Source of the DNA: a virus
Strand: one strand, 5' to 3'
DNA length: 64,000 nt
Virus record (IMG/VR): IMGVR_UViG_3300027779_000019
Span: 13,680 to 77,679 of that record
Shown here: positions 49,701 to 62,500 of the stretch, piece after piece
Numbering within the stretch: position 1 is the first letter of the stretch
Layout: each line of letters opens with the position of its first letter
Position numbers and translations under genes: made by a program
The notes under the pieces: generated by a model
What the model saw: the letters and a program-made list of their open reading frames with translations, nothing else
Told to the model about the DNA's origin: nothing
The model's database searches: none

Positions 49701-52700
49701 TACGAGCATGTCGGGGGGGATCAACTTCACTGTCGATACTCGTCAAAGCGATGGGACTTTTGTTAGCACGGATTATCAAATCGTCAAGGATGCAAGTGGA
49801 GCCAATTACCAAAGATGGTTTACTCAGGGTGCAGAGCGAATGCGGATTATATCTGACGGCAATGTCGGTATAGGAACAGCAACCCCAAGTGCTCAACTCC
49901 AAACAACCGGCGACGTTATAGTCGGAGGCAACCTTACTGTTTCAGGTACGACGTTTACGGTCGATACATCGAACGTTCTTGTCGAAGATCCGGTTCTCTT
50001 ACTTGCCAAGAATCAAACTGGTGGAGCGGCTTTGGATGCAGGATTTATCGTCGAGCGTGGCAGTGATACAAACGTTGGGTTTATTTGGGATGAGTCTGCT
50101 GATCAATTTGCAGTAATCAATACAACTGAAATAGCCGACGACAATGATATAACTATAGCAAGTTATGCGGCCTTTAAGGCTGGATCTCTGACGACTCCCG
50201 GAAATATAACAACTACGGGAACAGGAACAATCACATCAGCTTCAAGTCTTACAGCGGGTGGAACCTTATATGTTGATGAAAATATTCGACATACAGCAGA
50301 CACCAATAATTATATAAACTTTACAACCGACACACAGAAGTTTTATACTAGCGGTTCAGAACGTATGCGAATTGCTTCTGACGGCGTCGTTACCACAAAC
50401 AATCTTGAGCCAATAAACGGAAATGACTCTGGTTATCTCGGAAGCAGTTCTAAAAAATGGAAGCAGGTATATTTCGGGATACTGGAGGCGGACACTGCTA
50501 AAATTTCTGGATTAACAAACTTAAACGGAATGCAATATTTCGTTACGATGAATAGCAATGGTACCCTTTATAAGGATAGCAGGACTTTTCTTGAGTTAAC
50601 GGGAGGAACACTAACAGGTGCTTTAATAGGCACTACCGCTACTTTTACAACCGTTACCGCAGCTCTAGTAGGTAACGCTACAACTTCGACTAATACTACC
50701 GGCAACGCGGCAACCGTTACGAACGGAGTCTACACTACTGGCGCTCAGACTATCGGAGGAGCAAAGACCTTAACTGCCGCACTGGCAGGCACTAGCGCTG
50801 CGTTCAGCACAACACTAGCGGTAACTGGCAACACCACGCTGACGGGTTCGCTGACGGGTACTACTGCTGCATTCAGCTTTGCGGCTGGAAATCATACTAC
50901 TGGTATAGCGGTTACGAATACCCAAAATGGCGGCTACGGTACTGCGCTTACTTTCTCATCCAAAAGGACTGACGAGAGTACGCCCGTCATCGCAGCGCGA
51001 ATCCGAACCGAGGGTGCTTCTTCTTGGAATAGTGACGCTTCAACAAGCAGCAATTTGAAATTCGATACTGTATCCGCAGATATTGCGGCTACGAGAATGA
51101 CTATTTTTCATGATGGCAAAGTCGGCATCGGGACTACTTCTCCAGAGAAAAACTTAACTGTACAATCTGCTACCTCACCCGCAATTGGTATTTACTCCAC
51201 TTATGCAGATACCAATGCTCGAAATTGGGCTATAAACACTAACAACGCAGCCTACGGTGATCTAACTTTCTCTACCTCTGCGGCTAGGCTTGGTAATCCG
51301 ACCGCAATAAAAATGACGATTCTGAAGGACGGCAAAGTCGGCATCGGGACTACTGCGCCAGCCGTACAACTTCATCAGTATGTTGCTGCTGGAAATATAG
51401 TGGAGCATAGGTTAGCGGCTGCGACAGTTTATACTAAAATCATAGCTGATGATGCTGCTGGTTTTTCTGCAATTGATGCTTCGCACGACTTAAGGCTTAA
51501 AGAGGCTGGGGCGGAGATTGTTAGAATCACTGGCGGCAAGGTCGGCATCGGGACTACTGCGCCGGGAGCTAAACTTGAAGTTGCTGTTGATGGGTTAGCA
51601 TATAATGCTCCTGCAATGATTCTTGAAATGGGAACAAGCGGTTCATCCCAAGGGGTTTTTGAGTTTCAAAGTAATTCTGTTACAAAAGGGAGAATTAGGG
51701 CAGACGAAGATGGTGGTATGGTAATAAGTTCTATGGGGAGTGGAGACATTCTTTTTAGACAAGATGATGCTGATGGGTCGACTTTAGCTGTTATGAAAAA
51801 TGACGGCAAAGTCGGCATCGGGACTACTGCGCCATTAACCAAAACCCATATAAACGCTGCTGGTTCTGTTATTGTTGGTGGTAATGCCATTAAAAGTTCC
51901 ACCATGAAGGGGTTGAGTATTACAAACAGCACGAACGACACTTCATCTGTAGGTGTTTGGTTTGGAACGGGTGGTTCTCATTGGTCTGGCATTTCTGGTC
52001 AAAGGTTAAGTACTTCTACTTGGGGAACTGATTTAAGGTTTTATACTCACGAAGATACGACCCAAAATTTAACCTATACTTCGGAACGGATGAGGATTGC
52101 TACTAGCGGTAGCGTTGGCATCGGGACTGCTACGCCGAACCAACTCCTTCATCTTGAAAAAGGAGATACAAATACCAACGAATTGGCAACGGGAGCAGGG
52201 CCGCAGATTAAACTTCGTAATACTTCTGACACAAACGGTAATATTGCTTCCATAGATTTCTACAACTCAACTGGCTATATAACTGGCCGAATGGGCGCGA
52301 AGTTTGTAGATGCTGGCGACAGAAACACAGACCTATACTTTGCCACTAGAGCGAATAGCGGTTCGCTTACAACGCAGATGCGGATTAAGTCCGACGGCAA
52401 TGTTGATATAACCAGCGGAAACCTCCAAATGGGCGGGACCAATATAATTAACTCTGTTCTGGATATGTACAACTTGGAATCATTCAAGTTGGCCGATACC
52501 AAGAAAGCGTTTTTTGGGTCATCTAACGATTTAGAAATTTACCATGACGGTTCTCATAGCTACATATCCAACACTACTGGTGCATTTTGGATTAAAAGTA
52601 CCGTAACTGATGGAGACCTTATCTTTGCAGCCGACAGAGGTGACGGTGGTGGAACCTTTGATTACTTCACTTTAGACGGGGGCAGTACAACCTATTCTGG

Positions 52701-53334
52701 CGGCACAACAGTGGCGTACACAAAGTGGCAAGATAATTCAAGAATAGCTTTAGGTACGGGTAAGGATCTGCAGCTTTACCATGATGGTAATCATTCGTAC
52801 ATTGAGGATACTGGAACAGGTGCGTTAAAGCTAAAGTCAGACGACTTCCGTGTGGAAAATTCTTCTGGCAATAATTTATTTAAGGGCGTTGGTGACGTTG
52901 CGTCCATGTATCATAACGGTAGTGAAAAACTAGCCACGACTTCAACCGGAGCGACTGTTACAGGCGACTTGTTAGTAACTGGCCAGTTATCCGCTACAAC
53001 CAAATCATTCTTAATCGATCACCCGACTAAACCCGGCAAGAAGTTAAGACACGGTTCCTTGGAGGGACCGGAGAACGGAGTCTACATCCGCGGCAAGAGT
53101 GGTTCTAATATAATTGAATTACCAGAATACTGGACCAAGCTAATAGACGAAGATAGTATAACAGTTCAATTAACACCAATAGGAAAACATCAACATATAT
53201 ATGTAGAGTCAATTAAAAATAATACAGTACATGTGCAATCGGATGAAAAAAGAAAAAATAGTAATGATTTAAATTATTTTTACTTAATATTAGCAGAAAG
53301 AAAAGACGTCAACAAATTAGTAACAGAGGAATAA
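43727..53334 (+). CDS. giant tail/surface fibre 1 (about 3191 aa once a 32-bp duplication is removed)
   Basis: GNVGIGT repeats, triplicated GLGGVIDVDQDTY module, C-terminal KSFLIDHP..L.HGSLEGPE chaperone-like domain; frameshift at 44949-45012. Confidence 0.8.
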
Positions 53335-53335
53335 A

Positions 53336-56300
53336 ATGGCACAAAACGTACTCATAACACCAGCTTCGACCAAGGTAGCATTTACTGATGCAGGAGATGT
53401 AACGACTGTGTTGCGCACAAGTAGCGGCAGATTCGAGTTTAAAGATTCTGGAGAATCTAATTTCGTTGATTTATACGCTAATGATATAGTTCTTGATGGT
53501 AATCTTACCGTTGGCGGCACGACTACAACAGTCAACACCTCTAATATTCTTATTGAGGATCCAATTTTACAATTAGCAAAAGGCCAAACAACCGGAACGC
53601 CGACTGTTGACATAGGGTTCCTTGGGTTAAGAGGGGGTTCAAATAATGCGGCTTTTATATGGGACGAGAGCGATGACGTATTTGCTGCTATACTGACTAC
53701 CGACGATGCTTCAGGCACCACTTTGACTCCTGCGAGTTATGCAGGTTTTAAAGCCGGAGTAGCTGCGCTGAGCGGGACGACCAATGATGGGGCGGCGGCG
53801 ATACTAAAAGCAACGCAAGCGGGAACAGGGAGGGCGCTTCAAGTCGCGCGTACCGTAGCATCTGCCACAAGAGCGATGGCGGATTTTGTACAACTATCCG
53901 CGAGTGGGGGAACTAGTCCAGCGGTACACATTCAGCAAACAACAACCGCATCCGACGCTTTAAGAATAACCTCTGACGGTTCTACTGCTAAATTCGCCGT
54001 AACTGGGACGGGTGCGCTGACGGGTACTACTGGTACATTCTCAAGCACATACGTTTAGTGGCACTTCCAACCTTAATGGAGATGTCAAAATTGGTGGTGG
54101 AGGGAGTTACTTCTTGGGCGCAAACGGATGGTCTTGGAATGTAGGTTATACGTCAACCAGCGATACATGGAACGCATGGGTTAATTATTACGGTTACGCA
54201 GGGGGGCAAACCAAGTTCAGAAATTTCGTAGTTGGCGACGGAAAGGGCATAGCAGTTGCCACATTTACGGGAGCTACTAAATTAACAACGCTCGCTGGTG
54301 CGCTGGCGGGTACTAGGGGTGTTTTTAGCGCAGCAAGCGGATCAAGCTATGCTCTGCACTTAAAGAATACTACAGCGGCAAGCCCTTATACTTGCTGGAT
54401 AGAAGAACCCGCTTCGCCTACGGCTGGCTACCCCTTGTTGAGTGTGACAAGCAGCGGGGGAACAAATAACTATTTTCGTATAGACAGCGGAACTGGTTCA
54501 TCTTTTTTTGGCGGTGCGCTGGCGATTGCTTCTTCTGGCGCAGCAGACTTGTTGACCATCAAGGACACTCTCAATACGGGTAATTCCGCAACACCGTATA
54601 TTCGGTTTAAAGATTCTGGCGACAATAACCTTGGCTACTTCGGCTACGGTTCTGGGTCAAATGGCGATTTCTATTGGGACAATTCTGGTGGCGGTGATTT
54701 TAGGATAAACGGTGGGGATGTGATCCTCGCTGGTGCGCTGACGGGTACTACTGGTACATTCTCAAGCACATTGCAAGCGACAGGTGGTGTTAGTGTAGTT
54801 GGCACTTTAGGGACATGGTCTATAGATAACCAAGGTGCGGTTTTAAACTTTAGTCGTGGGGCTAATAACTACATCAGAGCAAATAATGCAGCAGGGGCTT
54901 TGCGGTTTGATACTGGCGGTAATAACTCGGCTCTTTTTCTAGCATCAGACCAAAGCGCAACATTCAGCGGTGCGCTTACGGGTACTAGCGCTACGTTTAG
55001 TGGGGCCACTGGGATAACCATAGAGAATACATCTACAACTAATGTACAGTTAAAACTTAGAAGTAACGGGGTAGATACTTGGAGAATAGGACAAAACTTA
55101 GTTGTAACAGGATCAACAGCTTTAGAATTTTATGATGATGTAAATAACGTTGATAGAATGGTTATAACCAACTCTGGCAAAGTCGGCATCGGGACTACTG
55201 CGCCGTATGGAGGACTTCATGTTAACGCTTCAAATTATGGAGAAAGTCCAACTATCAACAAAGCTCTCTTGGTTTCGGATTCAGCAGATGTTACAAAGTA
55301 TTTAATACTTACTTATCATGCTAGTGTAGATGTGGGTATTATTCAGGGGTTAGACGATAGTCTTGCTTGGAAAAATGTGGCGATAAATCCCAACGGCGGC
55401 AATGTCGGTATAGGAACTACTGCACCAGCGACAAAACTTCACGCGATTTTAGATTCATCGGCTACCAACACACCGACAGATGTATTAAGGTTAGGGCACA
55501 CGTCTTCTGGTAGTACCGCAGTAGGTTTTGGTGCGCTTATTCGTTTTGATGCTGAAAGAACAGGTACAACTACTGACGGGATGGGGAGATTAGGATTCGT
55601 TGCTGATACAATGACTTCATCGCGAGTTGATGGTGCCTTTATTGTTCAAACTGGACTTGATGGTAGCTACACAGAACGGTTTCGTATTAAATCTGACGGC
55701 AATGTCGGAATCGGTACTAATGCGCCACTCGCAAAGCTCCATGTGAAACTAGACTCCGCAAGTTCTGGATATAGTAATCTACGAATTCAGTCTGCTACCT
55801 ATCCTTCTATTGAGTTTTACAGCGATAACGCCGCTACCAACAATAGGAACTGGAAAATTTCCAGCGTTTATAATTCATACGGAACCTTTGAAATATTAAG
55901 CAGCACAGCAGCGGGCGGCGTACCTACTACCACAAGACTTGCCATCAATAAAGACGGCAATGTCGGCATCGGGACTACTGCGCCAGATCAGAAACTTTCT
56001 GTAACAGGAAATATTCAAGCGAGAAGCGGGTACTGGTTTATCGCTCGTTCTGCTGACAACGCTGGCTATTCATACCTAAAAAACCCAAGCACATCTGGGT
56101 CTGAAATAGCTTTTCATACATCAGGAGAGAAAATGCGCCTTCTTTCCAACGGCAATTTCGGCATCGGGACTGCTGCGCCGCTTTGTAAACTGGATATACG
56201 AACAACTTCAGCCTCGTTAATTGATGCGGGGGCAACTGTTAATATAGAGGAGGATGCTGCTTGGACACAAGGGTTAGCATTATATATAAATAACGCAGAC

Positions 56301-59300
56301 ACTTACAACGGAGACTACGCATCGGCTTGTATAGGTGTGGCAAACAGCGGTAGCAACATTATCATTACGGCTGGGGCTAAAGTTGTAAATAATCCCGCCT
56401 CTTCAAACGGTTATAAGACACTTAATTCTACAGCTCCTTCTGTTTACCGTCAACTAAACGGGGCGCACCTTTTCTATGGTGACACAGGAAAAACTGCGAA
56501 TACGCTTTATACCCCGACTGAACGTATGCGTATAGCGGTTGACGGCAAAGTCGGCATCGGGATTACTGCGCCAACAACCACGCTAGATGTCTATCACGCA
56601 ACACATAGTCAACTGACAGTCTCCTCACCGGGCAACCAAGATAGCTCGTTGAGCCTAATTGAGAGAACTTCTGTTTCCCCATTCGGATCTGCTAATGTGT
56701 ATGGATTCCAATGGAAATATGACGGTGGCGACAACAAGCTCTACTTGTCTTCAGGTGTTGATACAAACGTGGTCAACCGTTTAACTGTACAAAGAGATGA
56801 CGGCAATGTCGGCATCGGGACTACTGTGCCAACAGCAAAGCTTCATGTTGCTGGTGATGGGCTTTTTGATTCACTTCGGACAACATACCATTTTTCTAAA
56901 TCATTCGCCGCTAGTTTTGCTAATGGAACAGCAAATTTAGTCGGTTATATTTCCTTTGGTAACTCTAATCCGTGGGGATGGATAGAAGTAACGCTAACGG
57001 GTTCTTATTCCAACACAAACATTACAGGTAGATATACGAAGCGGTTTGCAATAGGAAGAAACGTCAGCGCTGGCATCAGCTCACAGTCTTCAGAAGTTAT
57101 AGCAAACATAGGAGATATTGCGGGTAAGTTCAAAATTGGTGCTTTTGAGGTTAGCGGTACAACTTTACGGCTGCCGATATACAGTCTGACCAGTTTAGGA
57201 AACAATGTTCAGATTTTTGTTGAGGGGCATGTGCACGCGGGTTCTGCCGCCGCACTCATAGTATCGTCCCTTTCATGCACCACTCCTGTCGCCGTTAGTA
57301 ACACCGAAACCAGAGACTATTTTACGATGATGGCTGATAGAGTCGGCATCGGGACTAATGCGCCAGCAGCTACGCTAGATGTTCATGGGTCGATGGTGCG
57401 AATATCTTCTGATGGGGGTGCTTATAGGCGTCTAATGTTTTTTGACAGTCTCGCTACTCCAAACAAAAACAATTTTCAAGTAGCGGTACAAGAGATAAAC
57501 AATGCTTTGCACATTGGCCCGTCCACCGCTGTTGGAGGAACGACATTTTCTGGCTCTACTGGTTTGGCTATGCTGGCTAACGGCAATGTCGGCATCGGGA
57601 CTGCTTCGCCAACTTCAGGTTTTAAGCTTGATGTTAATGGATATACGAGAACCTCCCTTTTAACTCTCAGAACTTCTGCGGCTGGAGTGGGAGGAACAGT
57701 AGCCGATGAAAACAGTTACGAGTTAGGGCCGGGATATTTAAATTTGAGCCGTGATGATACGGCAGCCGCAAGACAGATACAATTTGGAAAAAACGGCTCT
57801 CTGCATTCGGGGATAATGACCGATACCAATGGTTTAAATTTTGTTGGTTCAGATGGGGCGGCAGATGTAACTATAAAAACTAACGGCTATGTCGGCATCG
57901 GGACTACTGCGCCAGCATACCCTTTAGATGTTCAATCGGGTGGTGTAGGTACGGTTTTAAGGGCGGGGACTGCGTTTGTATCAATAGACTCGACGGGAAG
58001 TGCCGCTGCTCCTTCGTTAATATTTAATGGAGACTCCGATATGGGGTTATGGAGGCCAGCCGCCAATACGTTAGCGATAGCCACTGCTGGCGTGGAAAGG
58101 CTGAGGATTTTGGCTGACGGCACTTTAGATCTCAAGTCAGCCAAATTTAAAATCAATGGCAGCGCCGGAAGTAACGGAGAAACACTAACAACAGACGGCA
58201 GCGGCAACATAAGTTGGAGCGCGGCGGGTTCAGGCACCATAAGCGGCAGCGGCACCGATAATTATGTACCAAGGTTTAATGGAGCTGGGGCTTTACAGAA
58301 TTCTGCCCTTTTCTCTAGTGACAGTGGCAATGTCGGCATCGGGACTGCTGCGCCAGATACTCTTCTTGATCTACAAGCTACCGGGGGTGCGGATATGCTT
58401 CTATTGCGCACGACTGGAGATACATCAGGAGTTCTTGGGGCGATTAGTTTTGGTAATGCAAATTTAGATAAATACATGGCTCAAATTAGAGTCACCCAAG
58501 ACGGCGCAACGGATTCTGCGCAACTACAGCTTCAAACTCAGGCGACCGGGGCAGGCAAGCTAACCCGGATGACTATTAAGGGGGACGGTAAAGTCGGCTT
58601 CGGGACAACTAGTCCCGCTGCTGATGTTCATTTCTATCAAGGGCCAGACAATCGGGTGATGATTGAATCTAATGGCCCGACATTAGTTTTCAAGGAAATA
58701 AATTCAACAAACCAAAACTGGGCATTCTATCACAACGCAGGGGCTTTAAATATACGGACGCTGGCTGATAATTTTGGCAGCACTGTAGACAGGGTGACTT
58801 TCTTGCAAGACGGCAAAGTCGGCATCGGGACTGCTGCGCCAACTGCTAAACTTTTTGTCATGGGAGATTCTACGGCACGGGCATTTCAAGCTGTTAGCTC
58901 GTCCGCAGGAAATGCAACGGGATATTTCTACACCAACATGGTTCATACCGGGGTAGACACTAGTGCTACTGTGTCAATCCGATCCGATCATGTTTCGTCT
59001 TCAGGTCAGATTCTTCATGTGCGTGGAGACGGTTCTGGGAACCTGTTGACTCTGGATCAGGGAGGAACAAATCGTTTAGTTGTTCAGGCTGACGGCGATG
59101 TCGGCATCGGGACTACTACGCCATCTGCTAAGATTCACGTAGCAGGAACCGGTGACGTAGCCAGAATCGGCGATAACCATTGGAGAGGTACAAACAGCGT
59201 AACTGTAGGAACAACATACGCAACAGGCGTCACCGTCAACTTGGCAAATCATAAGAGCGGATATTTAAAAGTTATTATAAGTGGAGATTGGTCAGGTCAT

Positions 59301-59546
59301 AGCGCAATAGGTTATATGTCTGAATACTTTATACAAAAAGGTTCGACGGTAAGGTACTCTCAACCCGGTACAGTTATTCGAGAAGTTACAAACCAACATA
59401 ATAGTGATTATATAACATCGCAAATTCTTGATCCAACTTTAAATGACGGCAATGCGGATTTTGCAATACAATTTAAAACAAATACAGGCTCAGTGAGTTG
59501 TACCGTAATGTACGAATTTACAGGAACAGCAAATAGTGTAACATAA
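53336..59546 (+). CDS. giant fibre 2 (frameshifted near 54050)
   Basis: track ORFs 53336..54058 and 54114..59546 join across a chimeric repeat; many G.VGIGT.AP modules. Confidence 0.75.
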
Positions 59547-59555
59547 GGAAAATAA

Positions 59556-62500
59556 ATGGCAAACAGAGACGCATCAACAGCAATAGTAAGAAGAGGCACT
59601 TTAGGTGTTTTTAAAAGAGGTGTTGGTACGGCAACCCCAACCGCAAAGCTAGACCTTAGAGGGTCGGATGGTTATTTGAAATTTGATAGCTCTGCTTCAG
59701 ATGCTACAATTAAATCGGATTATAATTTAAAACTATATGGGGATGATACTGGTAACAATAGTAGCGGTTACCAAAATATTCAATTTTATACTGCTGGCGC
59801 TAATGAGCGGATGCGGATTGATTCTGCTGGAAAAGTCGGCATTGGGACTACTGCGCCAGCTACACTACTTCATGTTCGTGGTGCATTTACTAGCGGCAGC
59901 ATCCCTCATATTCGTTCGGAAGATAGTACCGACTCAAGCTACGTTCAAATGTATATGGCCAGCTCTGCTGGTGGGTACCTTGAAACGAGTAGCGGAAAGA
60001 TGTTGAGGTTTGCTCCTGCGGGGTCAACTAAAATGGTAGTGCTGACTAACGGCAATGTCGGTATAGGGACTACTGCGCCAGATTCAAAGTTAGAAATCGC
60101 AGGTGGAGGTTACAATTCATCACTTAAGATAAAAGGAAGCGGTAGTCATACAGGAATACAGTTTGAAGATAGTGGTGGTACTACAGATGGCTATGTATAT
60201 GCGGCTGGTTTAAGCGTAGGGCTTTTAGATGCAGGTACAGATTGGATGATTCAATGTGAGAATGACAATTTTATCCGATTTGCTACAAATGGTAATACTG
60301 AACATATGCGTATTACTTCTGTTGGTAATGTCGGCATCGGGACTACATCGCCACGACAATCTTTACAGGTAGGAGCGATAGATACTGCTAATGACGGTGT
60401 TCGTGTTACGAATGCTGGTTCTCTAAACAATAAAAGTGTTCTTGGTTTTGGTGGAAGCTATATTCAACCTATGGCAGCCGTAGGAGGTGTGGTGGAAAGC
60501 GCAGTTGGGTTCACGGCTGGCGGTTTATATTTCAGTACAAGGACAGCGACTTCAGATACTGTGCCAACAGAACGCATGCGGATTACTTCTGACGGCAATG
60601 TCGGTATCGGAACTACTGCGCCGGGTAAGAAACTTGACGTAGTCGGAGAGACAAGAATACAAAGTTCCAGCTCCTCCGCGACACACCTAAACTATAACGA
60701 CGCTGGAACAAACTACATCTCCACCTCTGACACGAGCGCGACTTACTTTAGGGGGGTTAGCTCAACAACCATGACCGTTAAAGGAGACGGCAAAGTCGGC
60801 ATCGGGACTGCTGCGCCAACCTCTAACCTTCATGTATCTGGAAGTGCCGCTAGTGCAAATTATGCCGCCACTATAAGTAATGATTCTGGTGGTGGTAGAG
60901 TGTTAAAATTATACAATCACGATTGGGATGTTGCTGATTATTTAATTTACGCATCTAATGGAGGAACACCAAGCCTTCCCCATTTTAAATTTGTTGTAGA
61001 TGGAAACGCCAGAGTCGGTATTGGGACTGATACGCCTTATTATAAACTTCATACTGAATTTACCGACAACACCACTGTATTAAGTGGTGGTAGTGGTGGT
61101 AACTGGGGTGGTAACGGAATCCGAATAGATAACAATAGTACTACCGTGGGTTCTATGGCGATAGCTCATTTCCGAACATATTCAGCGGATTGGCATATCG
61201 GAAATAGGTTTATATCTTCAGGTCCAGACAAATCAGACTTTTTCTTTAAGCACGAAACAACAGAAGTATTAACTATACTTAATGACGGCAAGGTTGGCAT
61301 CGGGACTACTGCGCCGAGTTATTTGTTGGATGTTAATGGTACGGCTAGACTTGGTGCGCTTACGGGTACTACTGCTACGTTTAGTGGATATATTTCTCAA
61401 GGAACAGGGCAGTCGCACTATTTTAGAGGAGGAACAGATGCCAACTGGCGTATAGGCTCAGATATAACAGCTGATACTGGGGGCTTAGTAACTGGGGCCG
61501 CTGTACAAATGATCGTTGGTGGGTGGGGCAATACCTACGGATTCCAGATTTTTGGTCACGCTACTCCTACATCACCTTGTTTTGAGGTTATCCCAAATAC
61601 AACTGTCGCAACTAGCGTCACTAATGTCCGGGGTAAGTTGTACATAAACAATACTCAAGTAATAGACAATTCTAGAAACTTATCTAATATTGTAGCTATT
61701 ACTACTAGTGGAACTATTACAAGTGGAGCAAATCTTGTATCAACTGGCCATTTAAGTTCATCTGCAGTATACAACAGCGGTAATTATAAAATACTTAATA
61801 ATGGAGGAACAGCGTGGCATGATGTAGTAACAAGGGGTAGTGGAGACAACTATACGATTAACGCTTTAGGTGGTTTTAACATTGGTTCAACAACGGTAAT
61901 AGATGCTAGTAGAAACCTTACGAATATAGGGACTATAACAACAGCCGGAGGCATAACCGTAGGAGGAGATTTAACAATCAACGGTACAACCACGACGGTC
62001 AGTACTACCAATTTATTAGTAGACGATCCCTTAATGCTTTTAGCTAGAGTCCAGACGGGAACTCCTACCTTGGACTGTGGGCTTATCATGGAGAGGGGAA
62101 CAGGCACTAATGTTGGCATGATATGGGATGAGAGCGCTGACCAGTTTGCTTTCATTAATACAACTGATACAGCAACAACTGCTGGTAATGTAACCATAGC
62201 AAATTATGCAAATCTTAAAGCAGAAGCAGCCACGTTCAGCGGAGCGCTGACGGCATCCTCTATGACAAATACTCTAGGGAGTGCAGTAGCGTCCACCAAT
62301 CTTCAAACTATATTAAATGGGGTAGCCAGTAAAGCCAATAGGATTAAATTCCAAGAGGCTGGTGTTGACAAATGGCTTCTTGGTCAAGGGGCAGCATCAG
62401 AGACAAGTGCGTTTGAACTATACAACGCTGCTGGCGTTATAGCTATTAGTGTCAATAAGACTTCAAACCTTACAACATTAGCGGCGGGACTAGCAGTCAC

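Noticed and set aside
22972-59546. Stop-codon reassignment as the cause of split genes
   Set aside because: The breaks are frame changes caused by local duplications. Long genes read through under the standard code, and all three stop codons are used.
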